Assembly: GCF_006345805.1 (NCBI RefSeq)
Contig: NW_021826196.1
Span: 1 to 13,208 of the forward strand
Direction: 5' to 3'
Origin: Octopus sinensis
Lineage: Eukaryota
Length of the DNA: 13,208 nucleotides
Shown here: in pieces, positions 1 through 7,984 of the stretch
How the letters are laid out: each line of letters opens with the position of its first letter
Numbering within the stretch: position 1 is the stretch's first letter
Position numbers and translations under genes: made by a program
The notes under the pieces: generated by a model
Seen by the model: only the letters and a program-made list of their open reading frames with translations
What the model was told of the DNA's origin: nothing
Database searches by the model: none

Positions 1-210
1 ATTATTATTATTATTATTATCATTATTATTATTATCATTATTATGATCATTATTATTATTATTATCATCATCATCATTATTATTATTATTATTATTATTA
101 TTAGTATTATCATTATTATTATTATTATTATCATCATCATTATTATTATTATTATTATTTTATTATTATTATTTATATATATTATTATCATCATGGTCAT
201 CATCATCATC

Positions 211-250
<40 letters not shown>
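1..250. repeat. (ATT)n/(ATC)n trinucleotide microsatellite
   Basis: Direct reading: continuous ATT repeats with ATC interruptions. This explains the poly-Ile ORF 43..354. Confidence 0.95.
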
Positions 251-253
<3 letters not shown>

Positions 254-519
254 CCATTGCCAGTGGTCATGCAGACCACGATTCAATCGGTCAGTTTCGC
301 CACTGGTCAGTCATTAATCTTACTCCCATGACTCACCATCCATTCCCTCTTTAGTAACACAGATAACTCGACTGACCTAAATAGATTTGGACGGGGTTTT
401 TTTTTAGTGTGTCTTTTTTATATTGTTTTGTTTTGATTTTATTATATCGCTTTCACTTTGTTTTTTGTTGTTTGCCTTCAGGATTTAACTTCCGCCTTGG
501 CAAATGTCATTGGTGATGG

Positions 520-1052
520 TTTTTTTTGGTGGGGGTGGGGGTGGGGTGGGGGGATTGTGGTTGGTGCTTGTGGTGGGTGGTGGGGTAGTGGTGGTGTGTT
601 GGTGGGTGGTGGGGGTGGGTGTTGGGGTGGGGGGGTGGTGGTGGTAGTGTGGTGGCAGTGGTGTGGTGGCAGTGGTGGAGGTGGTGGTGGTGGTGGTGTG
701 GGTGTTGGTGGTGGGTGGTGGTGGGTGGGTGGGGGGTGTGGTGGGTGGGTGGGTGGTGGTTGTGGTGGGTGTGGGTGGTGGTGGTGGGTGGTGGTGGTGG
801 GGGTGGTGGTGGGTGCTGGGTGGTGGTGGTGGTGGGGGGTGTGGTGGTGGCGGTGGGGTGGTGGTGGTGGGTGGGTGGGTGGGTGGATGGTGGGTGGGTG
901 GGTGGGTGGTGGGTAGTTATGGTGGTGGTGGTAGTGGTGCAGGTGGTTCTGGAGGTGGTGTGTGGTGGTGGTTGTGCTGATAGTGGTGGGTGGTGCTATG
1001 GTGGGTGGTGGTGGCGGATGGTGGTGGTGGGTGGTTTTGATGTTACTGGTGG
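520..1052. repeat. G/T-rich low-complexity tract, (GGT)n/(GGGT)n
   Basis: Almost only G and T, in GGT and GGGT units with runs of 3-7 G. This explains the Gly/Val/Trp and Pro/His/Thr ORFs. Confidence 0.92.
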
Positions 1053-1163
1053 TGGGCCTAGGGTATGTGCGTGTGTGCAGCAATAACTCTGGTCCAGATA
1101 TAGGAGCTGTACACCATTGCGAACCTAGTATTTGTATGTATGTGTGTCTCTGAATGTGTATGA

Positions 1164-1164
<1 letters not shown>

Positions 1165-1226
<62 letters not shown>

Positions 1227-1234
1227 ATATATAT
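1165..1234. repeat. (TA)n microsatellite
   Basis: About 70 nt of TA with one interruption. Confidence 0.95.
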
Positions 1235-1376
1235 AAGCTTGCTTCACAACCACATGGTTCCAGGTTTAGTCCCTCCCATTGCATGACATTTTGGGCAAGT
1301 GTTTTCTAGTATAGTCTCAAGCCGACCAAACTCATGAGAGTAGATTTGATAGACGGAAACTGAAAGAATCCTGTCG

Positions 1377-1428
<52 letters not shown>

Positions 1429-1626
1429 TGTGTGGTGTGTGTTCATGTTTCCCCCACCATCATTTGACAACCGATGATGGTGTGCTCACCTCCTCGTAAC
1501 TGAGCGGTTCCGTAAATGACATTGATAAAATAAGTACTAGGTTTACAAAGAATAAGTCCTGGGGTCGATTTCCTTAAGGCGGTGCTCCAACATGGCCGCA
1601 GTCAAATGGCTGAAACAAGAAAAAAT
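1235..1626 (+). mobile_element. 5'-truncated tRNA-derived SINE (family A) with internal (TA)n(TG)n tract and 3' module
   Basis: 1235-1377 aligns by eye to copies at 10585-11130 (AACCACATGGTTCCAGG, TTGGGCAAGTG, GACGGAAACTGAAAGAA). After the microsatellite, 1445-1626 aligns to 5350-5560 and ends GGCGGTGCTCCAACATGGCCGCAGTCAAATGGCTGAAACAAG. The A-box is missing. Confidence 0.85.
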
Positions 1627-1996
1627 ATATAGCACTGCTTGGCGCTAACATTTCGTTATTTTCCTCGATCAGGCGATGTAGTGGAGCAAATCAGTCTACG
1701 TTGTTGACTGAATAATACATGAAGGTATTGCTTTATAAGTTCGCGTCAGAGTTGCCTCCCTTGGGTACATCTCATTGAGAAGAGCCAAGGAGCTTGAAAC
1801 ATCGACGTCTGTGATTCCTAATAGATGGTGACACTGAACGAACCGGGTGTCTTCACAAGTTTTTGCCTTAAGAGAGATATATTCTCCACGGTAACTACAG
1901 AGTATTTGCCTTTTAGTATTCGAAATACAACACAAACATATTTCAACTAACCTAAATTTTGCTTATGCCTAAACACGGCTTAGTACTAACATTTCG

Positions 1997-1999
<3 letters not shown>

Positions 2000-2058
<59 letters not shown>

Positions 2059-2100
2059 ACACATACACGCATTCACACAGTCACAAATACATACACACAC
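2000..2100. repeat. (AC)n microsatellite
   Basis: Direct reading. Confidence 0.95.
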
Positions 2101-2289
2101 ATTACTAAGCGGTCGTCACTTGAAATCGAGGACGACTGTAATATGTAAAATACTTTCAATAACTTCATCAGGTGCCTGTGTAGTCACGTGCAGACATAAA
2201 CACCCTTCTGATCTTCCCAGCCACGGCGAGGCAAAACGTCAAGAATGCGCGACATGAGATGAGAGAAAGAAGCCTGCACTGGCATTTGT

Positions 2290-2360
2290 TTGGTATTCAT
2301 TTTCAGCAGTGTAGAATGGAAGCCATGTGAAATGAAGTAACTTGTTCAAGGTCACAGTTT
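2290..2360 (-). mobile_element. Possible degraded CORE-like SINE fragment
   Basis: GTGAAATGAAGTAACTTGTTCAAGGTCACAG resembles the reverse complement of the CORE-SINE central domain (MIR-type ...GTGACCTTGGGCAAGTCACTT...). Short and diverged, with no second copy in the window. Confidence 0.3.
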
Positions 2361-2529
2361 ATCCCCTAGTCCAAAAACAAGATGCAAAGGGCTGCTATGA
2401 ACAGGGTTTCTTTCTTCTTTTATTTTGTATCAGTAAGGGCGATCGGTAGAGCAATGTCCACCTGGCTCACAGACAGACTTAGATATTTCGCTTATATAAA
2501 AGGAGTTGAGAGCAATCTTGAACAAGGTC

Positions 2530-2660
2530 AACACACACACACACTTTCTCTCAACACACACATACTCATAGATACACACACACGTATGTATGTGTTTCTA
2601 TTTAGGTAGATATGTATGTATGTATGTGTACATGTATGTGTGTGTGTGTGTGTGGTATGT
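2530..2660. repeat. Compound (AC)n/(TATG)n/(TG)n microsatellite
   Basis: Direct reading. Confidence 0.85.
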
Positions 2661-2803
2661 GTGTTATCCTTGTTCGGTATCGAAATTGTGATGATTCTGG
2701 TCGACAACTGATGAGAGAAAGAATGTTTGCCTTCGTCTAAATCCTTTTTCGTGTTTTTCTTACAAATTTCTTTGTCGTCCCAATGCGCCACCTTTTTCCA
2801 TTA

Positions 2804-2900
2804 AACACACATGCACACGCTCAATACACATATACATACATACAAACATTTACTGGATGTGTGTGTGTGTGTATGCGTGTGTGTGTGTGTGTGTGTGTGT
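2804..2900. repeat. Compound (AC)/(ATAC)/(TG)n microsatellite
   Basis: Direct reading. Confidence 0.85.
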
Positions 2901-3124
2901 TGCTGAAAAAGAGGAAAAAGACAAAGTCAAGTAAGCGTGAAGACCAGACAAGCAACTAATATTAGATTTTAATTTTGATTTTTTAATTAAAGATTTCCAG
3001 TATTTCGGCTTTCTCTCTCAGTTTGCCAAGAGTCGTAATTGGTAAATTGGAATTAGAAACTGAAATAGTGGAAGGCTTTATGAATTCACGTAAATAATCT
3101 CGAAAGCCAAATACAAAAACAAAA

Positions 3125-3515
3125 TAAATATATATATATATGTGTGGTGTGTGGTGTGTGTGCGTGCGAAATATATATAAAATATAATATATATATATAT
3201 ATATAATAGTATATATATATATATATATATAATACATGCCATACATACTTATATATATGTATGTAATATATATATATATACATATGAATAACACCTGCGT
3301 TTGAGTCCATTTCTAAATTATTATGTATATATATATATATCTATTATATATATATATAACACACATATACATATACATAAATATATATATATAGTATATA
3401 CATATATTATATACACACACATAAATATATACATATATACATGCATGCATATATATATATATATACATATGAATATAATTAGTGATAAATTTACTCGAGT
3501 GAGATATGTATACGT

Positions 3516-3559
<44 letters not shown>

Positions 3560-3570
3560 ATGTATATAGA
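3125..3570. repeat. TA-rich compound microsatellite with an embedded 35-nt repeat fragment (3285-3319)
   Basis: Mostly (TA)n/(TACA)n. 3285-3319 is identical to 4342-4376. Confidence 0.9.
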
Positions 3571-3571
3571 T

Positions 3572-3850
3572 TCTTATATAAAATCCGTTCTGTCTGCCTG
3601 TCTGTGTGTGTCTTCTAACATCTCGGGCATCCTCCATCCGATTGCACTCAAATTTGATATGTAGATACTAACGGTATCAGGGCGTGTATGAGTCTTGAAA
3701 AAATTATAAAAATCGATTCCAGGTGAGAATGCGATCGACAAAACGGGGGGAACGTGCATTTGTATGCGCAAGTACATTAGCTGTTGCGATCTATACTACA
3801 CGTACGCGAGAAAAATGCACGTGCAGTTTGTGCAAAAAAAGCTGGTTGGT
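3572..3850 (+). mobile_element. Possible non-autonomous Helitron-like element, 5' part
   Basis: Starts TCTTATATAAAATCCGTTCTGTCTGCCTGTCTGTGTG. This layout (5'-TC, TATA-rich, then a TCTG microsatellite, then ...CCGATT...CAAATTTG) resembles Lep1/DINE-1-type non-autonomous rolling-circle elements. No 3' hairpin plus CTRR end was found, so the right boundary is a guess. Confidence 0.4.
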
Positions 3851-4099
3851 TTGAAATAATGCCACAAAATGCAGTATATTTAAGAGACCAAAAAAGTAAG
3901 ATGCAAAAGAGATATTTTCTTCAAACTTGGCATGAAGGAAGTAAAGACTATTTGGTTTCTCAAGAAGTTTTTTTTTTTTTTGCCTTAACTTCGTTTAACA
4001 AAGCCAAACATTTTATTGAAATAAAGGAGCTTAATTATTTTTTAATGAAAAGAAAACACTGATTGCTTTTTATTCAGCAGATATGATTCAGCAACGTCC

Positions 4100-4368
4100 A
4101 ATGGAGTCAAATGCAGGTGTTATTCAAACCATTTATACTTCCAACATATGTTTCGAAAAAACGCCATTGTGATTATTCCGGAGGGAATAGAATGATGTAA
4201 AAAACAATGCATTCATCTCGCTAGGGAAGAATAGAAACAAAAAACGTTGACGAGATGAATGCATTGTTTTACATCATTTTATTCCCTCCGGAATAATCTC
4301 AATGGCTTGTTTCGAAACATATGTTGGAAGTATAAATGGTTTGAATAACACCTGCGTTTGAGTCCATT
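4100..4368. repeat. Long inverted repeat (foldback): arms 4100-4220 and 4251-4368, 30-nt spacer
   Basis: Manual alignment of the left arm to the reverse complement of the right arm gives about 5 substitutions and 2 small indels over about 120 nt. Confidence 0.95.
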
Positions 4369-4384
4369 TCTAAATTTATCTATG

Positions 4385-4386
4385 TA

Positions 4387-4422
<36 letters not shown>

Positions 4423-4580
4423 GTGTGTGTGTGTGGTGTGTGGTGTTGTGTGGTGTGTGTGTGTTGTGTGTATATATACAATATATATGTATATATACAT
4501 ATACATATATATACAACATATATATATATGTATATATATATTATATATATATATATATATAATATATATATATATATACA
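4385..4580. repeat. Compound (TA)n/(TG)n microsatellite
   Basis: Direct reading. Confidence 0.92.
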
Positions 4581-4756
4581 TCGTTAGCCACTACACACAT
4601 TTTTTCTCTCCGTGTTTTTCTGTGTACATTTCTGTAGAAGAGCGTAGGCTCGAAACGTAAAAGACTTTTTCTATTCCTGAGCGTTATACAAATACATCTG
4701 TTTGTTTTGTACACCACCATGTCTTCGTCTTTTGTTTTTTTCGTAAACTTCCCTAC
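4581..4756 (+). mobile_element. Probable Penelope-like element terminal (pLTR) fragment with a degenerate hammerhead-like motif
   Basis: A 176-nt island bounded by (TA)n on both sides. It contains CTGTAGA-A-GAGC-gtag-GCTC-GAAACGTA (4632-4659), similar to the CUGANGA/stem II/GAAA core with palindromic stem III described for Penelope-like minimal hammerheads. Confidence 0.45.
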
Positions 4757-4805
4757 TATATATATATAATATATATATATAATATATAATATATATATAT
4801 ATAAT

Positions 4806-4953
4806 ACGTTGGGCTTCTTTCAGTTTCCGTCTACCAAATCCACTCACAAGGCTTTGGTCGACCCGAGGCTATAGTAGAGACACTTGCCCAAGATGCCACG
4901 CAGTGGAACTGAACCCAGAAGCAAGCTACTTACCACACAGCCACTCCTGCGCC
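4806..4953 (-). mobile_element. tRNA-derived SINE family A, head plus CORE-like body
   Basis: The reverse complement starts GGCGCAGGAGTGGCTGTGTGG and matches 10585-10747. It lacks about 15 nt between the A and B boxes. Confidence 0.9.
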
Positions 4954-5063
4954 TATTTATTATCTGTCAAACATTGGAGTTGGTTTATAATGCAATCAGC
5001 CCTTCTCAAGTGCCCAGTATCCGACCCTTCAAATCTACCCGTCAACATTTCAAGTGTACACAG

Positions 5064-5080
5064 ACACACGCACACACACA

Positions 5081-5118
<38 letters not shown>
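5064..5118. repeat. (AC)n microsatellite
   Basis: Direct reading. Confidence 0.95.
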
Positions 5119-5121
<3 letters not shown>

Positions 5122-5133
5122 CTGTTACTATTA

Positions 5134-5272
5134 TTTCTACTTGTTTCAGTCATTGGACTGCGGCCATGCTGGGGTACTGCTCCAGTATTTTTTTTCTTTT
5201 TCTGGGTCTTATTCTATCGGTCTCGTTTGCGGGAACCACTGAGGTACGGGGACGTAAACAAACGAACACCGG
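5134..5272 (-). mobile_element. SINE 3' module, inverted
   Basis: The reverse complement reads ...TTTACGTCCCCGTAC...GAGACCGATAGAATAAG...CCAGCATGGCCGCAGTCCAATGACTGAAACAAGTAGAAA, homologous to 5385-5560 and 1480-1626. Confidence 0.85.
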
Positions 5273-5560
5273 GCCGACCAAAGACTTGTGAGTGAATTTG
5301 GTAGACGGAAACTAAAAGAAGCCTGTCGTATGTGTGTGTGTGTCTTAGTGTCTGTTTGCACTCTCCCCCACCCCATCGCTTGACAATCGATGTGGGTGTG
5401 TTTACGTCCCGTAACTTTGCGGTTCGGCAAAAGAGACCGATAGAATAAGCTTACAAAGAATAAATCCTGTGATCGTTTTCTTCGACTTATAGAATTTTAA
5501 AAACCCTTAAAGGCAATGCTCCAGCATTGCCGCAGTCAAATGACTGAAACAAGTAAAACA
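5270..5560 (+). mobile_element. 5'-truncated SINE family A: distal body, short TG tract, complete 3' module
   Basis: GGGCCGACCAAAGACTTGTGAGTG...GAAGCCTGTCG matches the 10585 copies. It ends GCTCCAGCATTGCCGCAGTCAAATGACTGAAACAAGTAAAAC. Confidence 0.88.
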
Positions 5561-5575
5561 ATATATACACACGCC

Positions 5576-5726
5576 ACAGGCTTCCGCATAGTTTCCGTCT
5601 ACAAATTCACTCACAAGACATTGGACTGATAATATAACAAAAGAAGACAACTTGCCCAAGGTGCCGCACAGTGGGGTTGAACCTGAAACGAAGCAAGCTT
5701 CTTAACAACTCAGCCACGGTCTGCAC
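5576..5726 (-). mobile_element. Diverged SINE family A head plus body
   Basis: AGTTTCCGTCTAC, TTCACTCACAAG, CTTGCCCAAGGTGCC, TTGAACC and AAGCAAGCT are collinear with 4806-4953, with more substitutions. Confidence 0.75.
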
Positions 5727-5850
5727 GGCTTCAGCACAGTTGCCGTCGGCGGCGGCGGCTCGAAGACTTTCTTCATACGATCAGCAAAGGTTAGTTCTAA
5801 CTTTCTGTATTTCTGCTACTACTAAACAGTAACTTAGTAATAATGTTATA

Positions 5851-6733
5851 TACTCTTCTACTCTAAGCACAAAGCCCAAAATTTTAGACCGACCTCAAAC
5901 CTAGTTAGTACGCAACTGGTACTTAAATTATCGGCTGCGAAAGGACGAAAAGCAAAGTCAACCTCGGCGGAATTTAAACTAAGCATTTCGCCCGGCGTGC
6001 TAACGTTTCTTATTTTTAAGGGGCTAAACATAGAGGAGACAAACAAGGACAGACAAACAGATTTAGTCTATTACATCGACCCCAGTGCGTAACTGGTACT
6101 TATTTAATCGACCCCGAAAGGACTAAAGGCAAAGTCGACCTCGGCGGAATTTGAACTCAGAACTGCTAAGCACTTCTCCCGGCGTGTTAACGTTTCTTAT
6201 TTCTAAGGGGTTAAACATAGAGGAGAAAACCAAGGACAGACAAACGGATTAAGTCGATTACATCGACTCCAGTGCGTTGCTGGTACTTAATTTATCGAAA
6301 GGATGAAAGGCAAAGTCGACCTCGACGGACGTAAACGTAACGGCAGACGATACCTATTTCTTTACTACCCACAAGGGGCTAAATACAGAGAGGACAAACA
6401 AGGACAGACAAACGGATAAGTCGATTATATTGACCCTAGTGCGTAACCGGTACTTATTTAATCGACCCCGAAAGGATGAAAGGCAAAGTCGACCTCGGCA
6501 GAATTTGAACTCAGAACGTAGCGACAGACGAAATACCTATATCTTTATTACACAAAGATAAACGGATTAAGTCGATTATATCGACCCCAATGTGTGTGTG
6601 TAACTGGTACTTATTTAATCGACCCTGAAAGGTAAAGTCGACCTCGGCGGAATTTGAACTCAGAACGTAACGGCAGACGTAATACGGCTACGCATTTCAC
6701 CCGGCGTTCTAACGTTTCTGCCAGCTCGCCGCC
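5851..6733 (-). mobile_element. Tandem 5-unit array of a second tRNA-derived SINE (family B, Deu/Nin-domain-like)
   Basis: The anchor (A/G)CTGGTACTT occurs at about 5915, 6092, 6279, 6446 (ACCGG variant) and 6603. On the minus strand there is one head (GGCGGCGAGCTGGCAGAAACGTTAG at 6733), B-box-like GAGTTCAAATTCC, and CCTTTCATCCTTTCGGGGTCGATTAAATAAGTACC resembling the Deu/Nin domain of DeuSINEs. Confidence 0.85.
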
Positions 6734-7084
6734 TTTTAGTAACTTGGTAATCGTTGTAAATAGTAAACACTATACGACTACTACTAACAATACTTATAAA
6801 ATATTAAATTTTATTGTAATAATTTTTAATAACTGAAATATAAATTTTAAACTTGTGTTTTTTGCTTTAAACATATATATATATATATATGTCTGGGTAT
6901 ATATATATATATATATATATATATTTTATATATGTGTGTGTAATAAAATATTTATAATATAAATTTATTTTATTTATTATGTGTGAATGTGTGTGTGTGA
7001 GCGTTTTAGTACATTTTTAGTACTTTATTTTAGTACTAGTAGCTATTTGTACTGGTGACTGATGTCGCTAATGTAGCAGTGGGG

Positions 7085-7925
7085 GATTGGTTGTTGCTTG
7101 GTTGGTTGGCTGGCTGGTTGGCCGGTTGGTTGGTTAGTTACGTCTGTTCCGTGTTTGTGTTTGTGTGTGTGTGGTGTGTGTATGTGGTGTGTGTATGTAT
7201 GTGTGTGTTTATGTATGTTTGTGTGTCTGTGTGAAAGCGTGTATGTGTGAGAGAGAGCGTGTGTGAGAGTGAGCGTGTGTGTGTGAGAGTGAGCGCGTGT
7301 GTGTGTGTGTCTCTCTCTCTCTGTGAGAGCGTGTGTGTGTGTGTGATTGAGAGCGTGTGTGTGTCCGTGTGAGAGCGTGTGTGTGTCCGTGTGAGAACGT
7401 GTGTGTGTCTGTGTGGGAGCGTGTGTGTGTCTATGTGGGAGCGTGTGTGTGTGTATGTGTCTGTGTGAGAGCGTGCGTGTGAGAGCGTGTGTGTGTCTGT
7501 GTGAGAACTTATGTGTCGTTGTGAGAACGTAAGTGTCTGTATGAGAGCGTGTGTGTGTGTGTGTGTGTGTGTGCGTAGTCATTTGTCTATTTGTCTATGA
7601 GTGTGTTTACGTGCGTTTCTATGTATACGTAGATATGTATGTATATCAGCGTACCATGTATGAGAGTGTGTTGTGTGTATGTGTGTGTTTTAGCGTATAT
7701 ATGTGTGTGGGTCTGCGCATGTATATGCGCATGCGTCTGCTTTCATATGTATTTATGCGTGTCTGTGCATGTCTGTATATGCGTGAGTTTGTATATATGT
7801 ATATGTGTATGTGTCTATGGATCCATGTATCTGTATGTGAGTGTATCTGTGTGTGTGAGCATCTATGTATATGCGTGTGCCTCTGTGCATGTATGTAGTA
7901 CATGTATGCGTGTGTGTGTGTGTCG
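7085..7925. repeat. (TG)-rich compound micro/minisatellite, including (TGGT/TGGC)n and a 22-bp unit array
   Basis: Direct reading. GAGAGCGTGTGTGTGTCCGTGT occurs exactly at 7349-7370 and 7371-7392, with variants around it. Confidence 0.9.
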
Positions 7926-7984
7926 GACTCTAAACTCATAAATGAAGATAGCCGGGTATTATTTACTTTAGTGTGTAGTAGAAA

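Noticed and set aside
520-1052. Telomeric repeat
   Set aside because: There is no regular TTAGGG-type unit; the tract is irregular GGT/GGGT.
1673-1724. Possible exon between TTCCTCGATCAG and AAG|GTATTG
   Set aside because: All three frames contain stops and there is no other support.
2258-2723. 14-nt direct repeat GATGAGAGAAAGAA (2258-2271, 2710-2723)
   Set aside because: It is a low-complexity purine string, the flanks do not extend the match, and the interior is a mixture of unrelated repeats.
3022-3089. Possible exon CTCTCTCAG|...TCAC|GTAAAT reading LPRVVIGKLELETEIVEGFMNS
   Set aside because: The opposite strand is equally open (DYLREFIKPS...), there is no recognisable homology, and such sites arise by chance in AT-rich DNA.
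4280-4330. Second hammerhead in the foldback arm (CGAAACATATGT with a palindromic stem III-like part)
   Set aside because: There is no CUGANGA upstream (best match CGGAATA) and no convincing stem II.
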